Below are positions 19,331-29,400 of a stretch of 56,418 nucleotides of DNA, piece after piece. Both the position numbers and the translations under genes were made by a program. The notes beneath the pieces were generated by a model. It saw only the letters and a list, made by a program, of their open reading frames with translations. It was not told the origin of the DNA and made no database searches. Each line of letters begins with the position of its first letter. The stretch's first letter is position 1. Source of the stretch: Deltaproteobacteria bacterium (GTDB lineage Bacteria; Desulfobacterota; JAJRXV01); assembly GCA_024276115.1 (NCBI GenBank), contig JAJRXV010000264.1, positions 1-56,418 of the forward strand, written 5' to 3'.

Positions 19331-20725
19331 CTAGACATACATTTTTCTCTTCCCTCCGCTTATAACACAATTTAATCCATAGCCGGCCAAAAGGCAGATC
19401 AGTGGCATAACCGGATGCCTGAATCTCCCAGATGCCTGAGGACCACCAGAGATCAGCACAAAGTACGCAATGACGATGAGTACCATTATTACCGGCATTG
19501 AGTTGACGAAATTCTTTGGTAGCAAGGCGACTGCGCATAGCGTATAATATAGCAACAGAATCAGACCAAAAAGGAAGTTGAGCCAGAAGATAAGAGGTCT
19601 TTCTAAGAACAGCGTTTTAACCACAGCGAGAAGCCCTTTGTCTACAACCTCGCCGAGCAAACCACCTGAACGCGGGTACAGTCCGAACAACCTTACATAC
19701 TCAATCGCGCCCGGATCCATCATTATCCGCGCTATTCCCTTCAGATGTATCGCGGCGTAAGTGATTGGGTTCTTGAGGACTATGCCGAGACCTTTTTTGC
19801 GCATGTACTCGAACCTTTCCCCGCGGCTCCAGTCGCGCTGTTCAGGGTGCTGGTTAAAATATATCTCGGCGTTTGCGTAGCCCATCTGACGCTGTTTTCC
19901 GTAATATGATACGCCCTCTTCTGCCGCGAGCACAGACGCGCCGAGGTAGTAGTACAAATTTATGTCCGAGATCGCCGAAAAGCCTGAGTAGCCGGTTTTT
20001 ACTGAGTTTCTGATCTGCCATGCTCCGATTAACATGATTGACAACAGAATGAATCCGCCAGCGTATTTCAACAGCTTTATGTCTCTATTTTTCCGCGGAA
20101 TAGCTGATAATATAATTACACCCCCAACCGCGAGCGGCAGAAAATAGCTTACCGGTCGTACATATACAGACGCGCTGAGAATCACTGCTGAAGTGAGCAG
20201 ATGCCTGATTCGCTGTTTTTTAAAAAATAGTGTCAGGTAGTACAGAAACAGCATAACAATACACGCGAATAGCGTCTCTGTTAAGAGCTTGTTAGAAAAT
20301 AAAACAGATAGCGGCTCGAACGCGTAAAGCATTGCGCACAATAACGCGACCCTGCGACTGTCGAAAATGAGGAGCGCAACCTTAAACAAAAGATACACGG
20401 TCAGGCAACTCACCATGATTTGCAGAATACACGTAACTATATCAGGGCTGCCAGAGAGCACCCCCGGGATCAAAAAAATCGGGTACCCGGGTGTGCGGGT
20501 GATCTCTGGGAGGTCGCCGCGCGCGAAGTTGCCATTCTCCACAAGTTCGCTAGAAAGGCTCAAATACGACGCTGTATCCGGCGCGCGTAACTGTGAGAAA
20601 TCATCCGCCGGTACTGTAACCGCCAAAAGCAATAATACTCTGGCAATAAACGCGACCAGCAATATTTTATTTATCGTAATCTTATCTTCAAACATTATTT
20701 TTAACACATCTGAACAGATTTCCAC
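19331..20725 (-). CDS. GT39/ArnT-PMT-like integral-membrane glycosyltransferase
   Basis: 464 aa, polytopic. N-terminal region has DTASYLSL...GNF...RTPGYPIF, typical of the PMT_2/GT39 family. The GTG start shares 1 nt with the EF-G2 stop. Confidence 0.7.
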   Translation of the reverse strand: MEICSDVLKIMFEDKITINKILLVAFIARVLLLLAVTVPADDFSQLRAPDTASYLSLSSELVENGNFARGDLPEITRTPGYPIFLIPGVLSGSPDIVTCILQIMVSCLTVYLLFKVALLIFDSRRVALLCAMLYAFEPLSVLFSNKLLTETLFACIVMLFLYYLTLFFKKQRIRHLLTSAVILSASVYVRPVSYFLPLAVGGVIILSAIPRKNRDIKLLKYAGGFILLSIMLIGAWQIRNSVKTGYSGFSAISDINLYYYLGASVLAAEEGVSYYGKQRQMGYANAEIYFNQHPEQRDWSRGERFEYMRKKGLGIVLKNPITYAAIHLKGIARIMMDPGAIEYVRLFGLYPRSGGLLGEVVDKGLLAVVKTLFLERPLIFWLNFLFGLILLLYYTLCAVALLPKNFVNSMPVIMVLIVIAYFVLISGGPQASGRFRHPVMPLICLLAGYGLNCVISGGKRKMYV

Positions 20726-22809
20726 TACTCCTCATCATCCTTCTTATATTCTGCGACTATTTTCGCGCATGTACTCGCCGGTACCTCATCATAGTGCGAA
20801 AACTCCAAGGTAAAGAGACCGCGACCACCGGTCATAGAGCGAAGATCCGGAGCGTATTTCAACACTTCTGCCATCGGTACTTGCGCTTTCACTGTCTGGC
20901 AGTTCGCTTTTGGTTCAACCCCAAGCACCCTACCGCGCCGCGAGTTCAAGTCACCTATGATATCCCCTACATAATCGCCGGGTACGTCAATATCCAAGTT
21001 GACGATCGGCTCTAATAAAACCGGTTTCGCCTGTGCCGCCGCTTTTTTGAAAGCCATCGAGCCAGCCACCTTGAATGCCATTTCAGATGAGTCAACGCTG
21101 TGGTGTGAACCGTCATATAGCGTTACGCTGACATCGACCATCGGGAAGCCAGCAAGCACACCCTTGTTCATTGCCTCGACGATACCCTTCTCTACGGCAG
21201 GGATATATTGTCGCGGAATGACGCCACCAACGATACTGTTGATAAACTCGAACCCACCCCCGTGCGGAAGCGGTTTCATCTCGATCCATGTATCGCCGTA
21301 TTGACCGCGACCACCTGACTGCTTCTTATATTTCCCCTGTACTTTTACTGTACCTTTTATCGTCTCTTTATACGGAACCTTCGGCTCATGGAGTTCGACC
21401 TCTACGTTGAATTTACGGTGTAGCTTCTCAACTATCACTTCGATATGAACCTGCCCCATCCCCGAGATAAGAGCCTGATGTGTCTGTTCGTCTCTTGATA
21501 AACTGATCGTCAGGTCCTCCTCCATTATTTTATGCAACGCAGAGCTTAGTTTATCCTCGTCATTTTTTGACTTCGGTACAATCGCAAACGTTATGACAGG
21601 CTTTGCCAGCTCAGTCTTAGGGTAGATGATCTGGTTTGACTCATCGCAAAGAGTATCACCTGTCTGGGTCTCTTTCAACTTCGCTACCGCCGCGATCTCA
21701 CCCGCCTCGACAGAGCCGAGAGCCTTCTGTTTTTTCCCCTCAAGCGCGAATATATGACCTATGCGCTCTTTTATCCCTTTAGATGAGTTGAATACTGTTG
21801 AGTCAGAAGAAAGTTTACCAGAAATAATCTTAAATATTGAGAGCTTGCCGGCGTATGGATCAGCAATTGTCTTAAATACATACGCGGAGAACGGCTCCTC
21901 GTTGCTCCACTTTCTTGTGACCTCATCAGCGGTATCAGGGTCAGTACCTACTGACGGCGCCCTGTGCAGAAGCGAGGGCAGGCTGTGGTTGATAAGTGAA
22001 AGCAGTGGTTGCACACCGATGTTCTTCAACGCCGAGCCGCATACCACCGGTACAAATTTCTTTGTAAGGATACCTTCTCGCAACCCAAGGTCAAGCTCCT
22101 CATCGTTAAGCTCACCAGTGTCGAGGAATTTTTCTATCAACTCATCATCTGCCTCGGCGATCGCCTCGATCATCTTCTCCCGGTATTCATCCGCTTCATC
22201 CCGCATATCAGCCGGGATCTCCTCCACCTTGAACTTCCCGCTACCATTGGTTTCATATATATACGCTTTCATACTCATCAGGTCGATAACGCCCTTAAAA
22301 TCAGCTTCCGCCCCGATCGGTAGTTGGAGTATTACCGAAGGCGTCTTCAATACTTTTTCAATATCGTCAGCCGCCCGCAGGAAATTAGCCCGTTCTCTAT
22401 CCATTTTGCTGACGAACACGATTTTTGGTACCTCAAACTGATCCGCGAAACCCCATACTTTCTCTGTCTGCACCTTTACCCCGGAGATAGCGCTGATTAT
22501 GACCACCGCTCCACCAGCCGCGCGAAGGCACGCGCGAGTATCCTCGACAAAGTTCGCAAACCCGGGTGTATCTATCAGAGTCACCTGATGTCCCTCAAAT
22601 TCATAAAAATTGAAAGCGGTTGAAATAGATATATTACGTTTATGCTCTTCAGGGTCAAAGTCCATTATCGCGGTACCATCATCTACCTTGCCGAGCCTTG
22701 TCGTCCGCCCGGTGTTGAATAGAATCGCTTCCGCAAGTGTTGTCTTCCCTGCCCCACCATGAGCAATAATCGCTACATTCCTAAGTTTGTCCATACCATG
22801 TTTTAACAT
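20725..22809 (-). CDS. elongation factor G paralogue (EF-G2 type)
   Basis: 694 aa. The G1 motif is AHGGAGKTT, the EF-G2 style, rather than AHIDAGKTT. DTPGFANF is present and EF-G domains II-V are full length. Confidence 0.88.
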   Translation of the reverse strand: MLKHGMDKLRNVAIIAHGGAGKTTLAEAILFNTGRTTRLGKVDDGTAIMDFDPEEHKRNISISTAFNFYEFEGHQVTLIDTPGFANFVEDTRACLRAAGGAVVIISAISGVKVQTEKVWGFADQFEVPKIVFVSKMDRERANFLRAADDIEKVLKTPSVILQLPIGAEADFKGVIDLMSMKAYIYETNGSGKFKVEEIPADMRDEADEYREKMIEAIAEADDELIEKFLDTGELNDEELDLGLREGILTKKFVPVVCGSALKNIGVQPLLSLINHSLPSLLHRAPSVGTDPDTADEVTRKWSNEEPFSAYVFKTIADPYAGKLSIFKIISGKLSSDSTVFNSSKGIKERIGHIFALEGKKQKALGSVEAGEIAAVAKLKETQTGDTLCDESNQIIYPKTELAKPVITFAIVPKSKNDEDKLSSALHKIMEEDLTISLSRDEQTHQALISGMGQVHIEVIVEKLHRKFNVEVELHEPKVPYKETIKGTVKVQGKYKKQSGGRGQYGDTWIEMKPLPHGGGFEFINSIVGGVIPRQYIPAVEKGIVEAMNKGVLAGFPMVDVSVTLYDGSHHSVDSSEMAFKVAGSMAFKKAAAQAKPVLLEPIVNLDIDVPGDYVGDIIGDLNSRRGRVLGVEPKANCQTVKAQVPMAEVLKYAPDLRSMTGGRGLFTLEFSHYDEVPASTCAKIVAEYKKDDEE

Positions 22810-23044
22810 TATACGACCCCCTATATGAAGTTCTTATCTATGAATTTTCCTGTTTATATGTTTCATGATGAGCATTATCTAAGAATTATACTTCGCGCAG
22901 TCTAATTGTCAAGTACTTTTGGGAAAGATTTTCTAGGAATTTTCGTTCAAAGAAGCGGTAATCTGTGACTTTTTTTACTTTAGGAAAGAAACCTTGAGCG
23001 GCGCGTCGGTGAGTACAAGCCTACCCCCGCAACCCTGGTATTTT

Positions 23045-23140
23045 TGGCGGAAGTGCATGGGAATCGAACCCACCGAAGGTTTTTTCAACCTTCCACCGGA
23101 TTTGAAGTCCGGGAGACCCACCAGTGACCTATCCACTTCC
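23045..23140 (-). tRNA. selC: tRNA-Sec (anticodon UCA)
   Basis: 96 nt: GGAAGTGGATAGGTCACTGGTGGGTCTCCCGGACTTCAAATCCGGTGGAAGGTTGAAAAAACCTTCGGTGGGTTCGATTCCCATGCACTTCCGCCA. Anticodon arm CCGGA-CTTCAAA-TCCGG, 7-bp extra arm GAAGGTT/AACCTTC, T loop GGTTCGATTCC, encoded CCA. Close to the E. coli selC layout. Confidence 0.92.
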
Positions 23141-23143
23141 ATT

Positions 23144-23464
23144 TTAATTGATATCGTGTTCTGTGAAGTAATTCGCGAGGTTAGCGTCAATACGTAAAAA
23201 AGTCACCCCCATCCCGCATCTGGTGACATTCATCATTTGCAGTGGTACTTTTCTTGCCCACGTCACCAGACCTTCAGCGTGCATATTAACATCTTTATCT
23301 TTGATTGTCATCTTTAATTTTGTTCCGGGCCTAAAAACATGGTTCGTCTTGATCCTTAGCCCAGTCGCAGAGATATCAACCAAAAACCCAATTAAATCAG
23401 GATGCTGGACGCCAAACTTAATATTTAACCTCTTTTTGTGCCGACCCGCTCTTCGTTTTTCCAT
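23144..23464 (-). CDS. PilZ-domain c-di-GMP binding protein
   Basis: 106 aa with RRAGR (RxxxR) and DISATG (D/NxSxxG) motifs. Confidence 0.8.
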   Translation of the reverse strand: MEKRRAGRHKKRLNIKFGVQHPDLIGFLVDISATGLRIKTNHVFRPGTKLKMTIKDKDVNMHAEGLVTWARKVPLQMMNVTRCGMGVTFLRIDANLANYFTEHDIN

Positions 23465-23605
23465 TTTTTTCCCTAAACTTGATTAAATTATACCAAATGT
23501 TTGCGATAAATCAAGCAAGTTCAAGTTTTTGTTGTTTTTTCTTGAAATAATGTTTTTTTATGGTATAAATTATACAGGTATTTTATATTTACAAGGGGGA
23601 GTTAA

Positions 23606-23785
23606 ATGGCTATTCCAAAGGTGGAAACTTCAAAATGTGATGGTTGTGGAAACTGCATCGACGTCTGTCCCGCAGACGTTTTCGAAATACAAGAGGGGAA
23701 ATCTGTTGTTGTAAGACCAGACGATTGTGTCGAGTGCATGGCGTGTGTAGAAAACTGCCCCACCGAAGCTATTGAGATGGTGTAA
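23606..23785 (+). CDS. 2x[4Fe-4S] ferredoxin (59 aa, below the ORF-track cutoff)
   Basis: Hand translation gives MAIPKVETSKCDGCGNCIDVCPADVFEIQEGKSVVVRPDDCVECMACVENCPTEAIEMV. RBS AGGGGGAG lies 5 nt upstream. Confidence 0.85.
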   Translation: MAIPKVETSKCDGCGNCIDVCPADVFEIQEGKSVVVRPDDCVECMACVENCPTEAIEMV

Positions 23786-23839
23786 CAAAAGCAGAGCGTT
23801 TCATTCACAAAAAATCAATTTAATATTAATATTTTCAGG

Positions 23840-24367
23840 GTGAATAATCCAGTTATGATAAATAATAGTGTCTTAGACGCGATTTACAACAGAAGAAGCG
23901 TACGGTTTTACACTGATGAACTGGTCGATGACGAGAGTGTCAAAGAGATAATCAGAGCCGGGAGTTTTGCGCCCTCAGGTCTGAACAACCAACCATGGCG
24001 CTTTATAACTATAAGGACTCCTGAAATAAAAAACAACATCTCTGAACTCACTCACTACTCAAAAATCGTCATTGAAGCAAATGTCTTAATAGCTGTTATG
24101 CTTGACACAGACGCTATATACAACCGCGATAAGGATTTGCAGGCTATCGGGGCGTGCCTGCAGAACATGCTGCTCGCTATCCACTCGTTACGGCTCGGCG
24201 CTGTCTGGCTCGGTGAAATACTGAACCAAAAAGACCAATTCAATAAACTACTGTCAGTCGAAGAGAGGTACGAGCTTATGGCAGTTGTCGCGATCGGACA
24301 CCAGACAAAAAAGACGCTCTCATACAGCCGCAAAAACATCGATGAACTCATTATAAAAGAAATCTAA
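23840..24367 (+). CDS. nitroreductase-family flavoprotein
   Basis: 175 aa with RRSVRFY and PSGLNNQPWRF motifs. Confidence 0.85.
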   Translation: MNNPVMINNSVLDAIYNRRSVRFYTDELVDDESVKEIIRAGSFAPSGLNNQPWRFITIRTPEIKNNISELTHYSKIVIEANVLIAVMLDTDAIYNRDKDLQAIGACLQNMLLAIHSLRLGAVWLGEILNQKDQFNKLLSVEERYELMAVVAIGHQTKKTLSYSRKNIDELIIKEI

Positions 24368-24382
24368 ACTTGGAGGAATATC

Positions 24383-25810
24383 TTGCCAAACAGTAAAATA
24401 AAATTCGGTACTTCGGGTTGGCGCGGTCTGCTCGCTGAAGACTTTACCGTAGCCAACGTAAAGAGGGTCGTGCAGGCGATAAGCAACTACATAAAGAACA
24501 ATAAGCTTCATAAAATGCCTGTCGTGATCGGGTATGACACACGTTTTCTCGGCGATAAATTCGCGCGGATCGCGGCTGAAGTGCTCGCCGGCAACAAGAT
24601 CAGCTCTCTGCTTTGCGACCGTGATACACCGACACCTGTGATAGCGTATGAAATCATCCGAAAGAAAGCGGCAGGTGGCATAAATTTCACTGCTAGCCAC
24701 AATCCGTATGACTACAACGGTATCAAGTTTTCACCAGAATGGGGCGGGCCGGCTCTACCGGAAACGACTAAGCAGATAGAGACGGAGATCAGCAAGATAA
24801 AAGAAGCGGATGTCAAGTCTATGGAGTTTGACAAGGCGAAGGAGAATGGGCTGATTAAGATGCACAACCCGATTCGGAGCTACTTTGCCGCGCTGCGAAA
24901 AAAAGTGGACATAAAAGTCCTCTCTAGCGCGAAGCTCAACCTCGCGATCGACACTTTGTATGGTACCGCCACCGGTTATCTCGACAAGTTCCTTGACGAT
25001 ATCAACGTAAACTATGATATAATCCATAATTACAAGGACGCGTATTTTGGTGGCGCGGCACCCGAGCCGTCAGAAAAGCAGCTCAAGGAGCTCACCGGAA
25101 TCATCAAAGATAACGATGATATCGGGCTTGGAATAGCGACAGACGGTGACGCTGACCGCTTTGGGATTGTCGATGCTGACGGTAGCTTCATTGAGCCGAA
25201 CACGATAATCGCGCTACTGCTCGATTACCTCATCGAGACGCGAGGGCTAGAGGGCGGTGTCGCGCGTAGTGTGGCGACGACCCACCTTATCGATGCCGTG
25301 GCGAAAAAACATGGGCGTGAGGTTTACGAAACACCCGTTGGCTTCAAGTATATCGGTGAACTCATCTCAGAGGGAAAAGTCGTGATCGGTGGCGAGGAGA
25401 GCGCCGGACTGAGCATCAAAGGGCATGTCCCGGAGAAGGATGGAATACTAGCGTGCCTGCTGGTGGCAGAAATGGTCGCGCGCCGTAAAAAGCCGCTTGC
25501 AAAAATGATTGAAGAGTTGTATAAAGAAGTTGGAAAGATACTGACCAAACGTCTTAATTTCAGACTGACCGCAAAAGAGAAAGAAAGTTTTTTAAAGCGG
25601 ATAAAAACTCCGCCAAAGACGATAGCCGGGCTGAAAGTCGCCAAAATCATAAAAATAGATGGCGCCAAGCTCATGCTTGAAGATGGTAGCTGGCTATTGA
25701 TGCGCGCCTCTGGTACTGAACCGGTGATAAGGCTCTACGTCGAGGCAGGATCGCAGGCGAAATTGAACAAGCTCGGAAACGCTGGCAGGGATTTTATATA
25801 TAACAAGTAG
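24383..25810 (+). CDS. phosphoglucomutase/phosphomannomutase family protein
   Basis: 475 aa. FGTSGWRG, the phosphoserine loop TASHNP, and GIATDGDADR metal loop. Confidence 0.9.
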   Translation: MPNSKIKFGTSGWRGLLAEDFTVANVKRVVQAISNYIKNNKLHKMPVVIGYDTRFLGDKFARIAAEVLAGNKISSLLCDRDTPTPVIAYEIIRKKAAGGINFTASHNPYDYNGIKFSPEWGGPALPETTKQIETEISKIKEADVKSMEFDKAKENGLIKMHNPIRSYFAALRKKVDIKVLSSAKLNLAIDTLYGTATGYLDKFLDDINVNYDIIHNYKDAYFGGAAPEPSEKQLKELTGIIKDNDDIGLGIATDGDADRFGIVDADGSFIEPNTIIALLLDYLIETRGLEGGVARSVATTHLIDAVAKKHGREVYETPVGFKYIGELISEGKVVIGGEESAGLSIKGHVPEKDGILACLLVAEMVARRKKPLAKMIEELYKEVGKILTKRLNFRLTAKEKESFLKRIKTPPKTIAGLKVAKIIKIDGAKLMLEDGSWLLMRASGTEPVIRLYVEAGSQAKLNKLGNAGRDFIYNK

Positions 25811-25827
25811 TGGACTAGGAGGAAGTT

Positions 25828-25947
25828 TTGTTTTTTAAGATACTGATTGTCGGTGCGTTGCAGGTCAACTGTTACATAATCGCGTGTTAAACGACGAAGG
25901 AAGCGGTCGTTATAGACCCGGGCGACAATGTCGCTCAAATAACTAAG
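25828..25947 (+). other. 5' part of the MBL-fold hydrolase gene: TTG 25828, 20 codons, in-frame TAA (25888-25890), 19 more codons
   Basis: AGGAGGA (25816-25822) is followed by TTG. Hand translation gives MFFKILIVGALQVNCYIIAC-TAA-TTKEAVVIDPGDNVAQITK, in frame with 25948..26445. Confidence 0.8.
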
Positions 25948-26445
25948 GTGCTGAACAAAAATGGGCTGAAGCTAAAGTACATAATCAACACGCACGCGCA
26001 TTTCGATCATGTCGGTGGTAACGCCGCGCTGAAAAAAGTTAACGGCGCCAAGCTGATGATACACGAAGCCGACAATATCCTTCTTGAAAAACTGACTAAG
26101 CAGGCCGACATATTCGGGTATGATGTCACCCCGTCACCTCCACCGGACATTATGATCAAAGATGGTGACAAAATAAAGGTCGGTAAACTCACGCTAAAGG
26201 TGATCCACACACCAGGTCACTCCCCGGGCGGAGTATGCCTGCTAATCAATGACAGGATAATCACCGGCGACACGCTGTTCAAGCAATCAATCGGCAGGAC
26301 TGACCTTCCGGGTGGCTCGTATGACTTTATATTACGTTCTATCAAAGAAAAACTGTTCACGCTGGACAATAAACTCCTAGTATTCCCCGGACATGGGGAT
26401 AGCTCGACGATAGGAGATGAAAAGCGGCTTAATCCGTACTTTTAG
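25948..26445 (+). CDS. metallo-beta-lactamase-fold hydrolase (GloB/YcbL-like), longest uninterrupted part
   Basis: HAHFDHVGG zinc motif, HTPGHSPG, GDTLF...GRTD. The GTG start of the track lies inside the domain. Confidence 0.85.
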   Translation: MLNKNGLKLKYIINTHAHFDHVGGNAALKKVNGAKLMIHEADNILLEKLTKQADIFGYDVTPSPPPDIMIKDGDKIKVGKLTLKVIHTPGHSPGGVCLLINDRIITGDTLFKQSIGRTDLPGGSYDFILRSIKEKLFTLDNKLLVFPGHGDSSTIGDEKRLNPYF

Positions 26446-29400
26446 GGGAACGCTTCGGGTAAAACCGCGCCAGCATATCCTTTAGATTCTGTATGATCTC
26501 TATATTTTCTTCGCGATCGATGCTGATCGCGAATTTCCACTCTGCGCTGAACCGGTATTTCCGCGGCTTACTCTTCACCAGCGACATCAGCTCTCTCAGT
26601 TCAAACCGCGTCCTCGGGTCAAAGCTCAACACCACTTCGCCTTTTACAATGTCAACAGAAGCAATCAGTAGTTTTTTCATAAGAAACCGCAGCTTCATCG
26701 TCTCAAACAGGTTCTGCACCTCATCGGGAAAGCGCCCGTAACGGTCAACCAGCTCATCTTTCAGGTCGTCGAAATCGCTGACAGACCTGACAGAAGAAAC
26801 ACGTTGATAAAGCACAAGTCGCTGATTTATCTCGTCTATATAGCCTTCTGGAATATACGCCTGAACGTTTATATTTATCTCCGGCTCAATCTGAATATCT
26901 ACCTTGATACCCTTCATCTCACTGACTACCTGCTCAAGAAGTTGAGTGTAAAGATCAAACCCGACAGCGATTATGCTCCCGGACTGGTCCTTACCAAGCA
27001 GGTTCCCCGCGCCGCGGATCTCGAGGTCGTACATCGCTATTTTATACCCCGACCCAAGCTCAGATAGCTCAATAAGCGCGTTCAAGCGTTTCACCGCGTC
27101 CTTCGTAATATCCCGTTCCAGCGGTATAAGCAGGTAAGCGTACGCCCGCACCTTACCACGCCCTACCCGACCGCGAAGCTGATAAAGCTGAGCAAGTCCG
27201 AAGGTATCGGCGCGATCTATGATTATTGTGTTCGCCGCGGATATGTCGAGCCCGGACTCGATTATAGTTGTGCTGACGAGTATGTCGAACTCTCGGTTGA
27301 CGAAGCCCAGCATTCTCTTTTCGAGTGCCTTCTCCGGCATCTGACCATGCGCTACACCGATTTTCGCGTTCGGTATCAGCTTCTGCAGGTACGCGGCGAT
27401 ATCGAATATCGTCTGCACCCGGTTATGCACGAAGAACACCTGCCCTTCCCGCTTCAGCTCACGAGTTATCGCGTCTTTTATCAGGTCATCATCAAAATTG
27501 CTAACAATAGTACGGATCGACAGCCTGTCAAGCGGTGGCGTGTTTATAACGCTTATGTCACGGATGCCAGACAGCGACATGTGCAGCGTCCTCGGTATCG
27601 GTGTCGCGCTCAGCGTAATCACATCCACAGTCGATTTCAGTTCCTTGAGCTTCTCCTTGTGCCGCACCCCGAAGCGTTGCTCTTCATCGATCACCACAAG
27701 CCCGAGGTCAAGAAAATCGGTACCCTTCGCCAGCAGAGCGTGTGTACCGATGATGATGTTCACCTTCCCATCTTTCAGATCCTTCTTGATGACTTTCGCC
27801 TCTGCCGCGGTACGAAAACGGCTCAACATCTCTATCGTAAAGGGATAGCCCTTGAAGCGGTCTCTGAATGTTTTGTAATGCTGTTGCGCGAGGACCGTCG
27901 TCGGTACTAAAATAGCGACCTGTTTGCCATCCATCACCGCCTTAAACGCCGCGCGTATAGCTACCTCGGTCTTACCGAATCCGACATCACCGCAAATAAG
28001 CCTGTCCATCGGCTTCTTCTTCTCCATATCAGCTATGACATCCTCAATCGCGTTCATCTGATCCGGGGTCTCCTCAAACTCAAACGATGCCTCAAACTCG
28101 CTGTAATAGTGGTCACTCTTAGAGTATACGTACCCCTCATGGAGTGTACGCTTGGCGTCTATCTTCAAGAGCTCACCCGCCATTATCTCAATTGATTTCC
28201 GTATCTTACTCTTTAGTTTGACCCAGGCGACACCACCGAGTTTGTCAAGCTTCGGGGTAGAGGCATCAACCCCGGAGTATTTCATCACGAGGTTCAGGCG
28301 GTCTACCGGAAGATACAAAATATCAGCGCCGGCAAACTCGATTATCAGAAAATCCTTGTGGATACCTTCTATCTCGATCGCCTTGAGCCCTTTGTAAAGC
28401 CCGACACCATTGTCAACATGAACAATAAAGTCATCAGCCTTCAGGTCAGAAAGCGACGAGAGGAAATGGTCGAGCTTCGCGCGTTTCTTTACGCTACGTT
28501 TTACCCTAGCGCCAAATATCTCCTCCTCGATTATTACCGTCATCGCCGCGCTATCGCAGATAAATCCGTGGCTCAAATCACCCTTGAGGATTTTAATTTT
28601 ACTCCTGCTGGACACCTGCCCTACTCTCTCAATTAACTCATACGGTACGTCATATCCGTCGATAAGCTCGCAAAGTCTCTCAGCCTGACCGAGTGTACGC
28701 GCGGCTATTATCACGTTATGCCCGGAGTCAAGAGCGGTCGAGAGGATATCGACCAGCGGTTGCAGCGCGCCTCCACTCTCATTCATCTTACCTTCGATAT
28801 CTTCTCGCGACTCATCGGTGAGAACATGCTCCTTGAATATATCTTTTTTATTGCCGCTGAAGTCTACAAGTCGCTTTCTGAGCCTGTCATTCAATTGCAC
28901 ACTAAATCTGAACCGGTTAGTGTCATCCTCCCCGACCAGTTCAAGCGTTCTTATATCTATATTCTGGTGTTGCTGTTGTCTTGCGTTCAGTTCATTTTCG
29001 CTTAGATATATCATCTCTGGCGGGAGGCAAATCGTCTTCTCACCAATCCGCTTTTTATAGCGTGCGTAGATGTCATTTGAATATTCTTCTATCTCTGATT
29101 TTATCGTGGTAGGGTCAAGGTTGATGACACACACGTCACCATCGAGGTAATCAAAAAGTGTGTCCATCTTCTCATAAAAAGCAGGTACGAACTCGAACAG
29201 ATTTGAAAAATACACCTCTTCTTTTATCTTCTCGACGAACTCCTTCCGCTTCGAGAACGCAATATCAAAATCAGAGCAGAGCTCTGTGATTGCCGACTGC
29301 GCCCGTTTTTTGTTCCCGCTGTTATATATCACATCAACAACCGGGAAACATACAATCTCCTCAAGTTCTGTGACAGAGCGCTGCGTGAGCGGGTCGAATA

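Noticed and set aside
19215-19538. 107-aa minus-strand ORF overlapping the 3' end of the GT39 gene
   Set aside because: It is out of frame with the much longer membrane-protein ORF, has no RBS, and has odd composition. It is likely spurious.
20725-22809. The GTPase next to tRNA-Sec as the selenocysteine-specific elongation factor SelB
   Set aside because: The sequence is EF-G-like throughout, with five EF-G domains, about 694 aa and the AHGGAGKTT motif. It is not EF-Tu-like, and it lacks a winged-helix SECIS-binding C-terminus.
22810-23044. Rho-independent terminator or SECIS-like structure downstream of tRNA-Sec
   Set aside because: Only weak, mismatched GC-rich pairing (GCGGGGGTAGG...CGCGCCGC) with no T tract. 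This is not convincing by eye.
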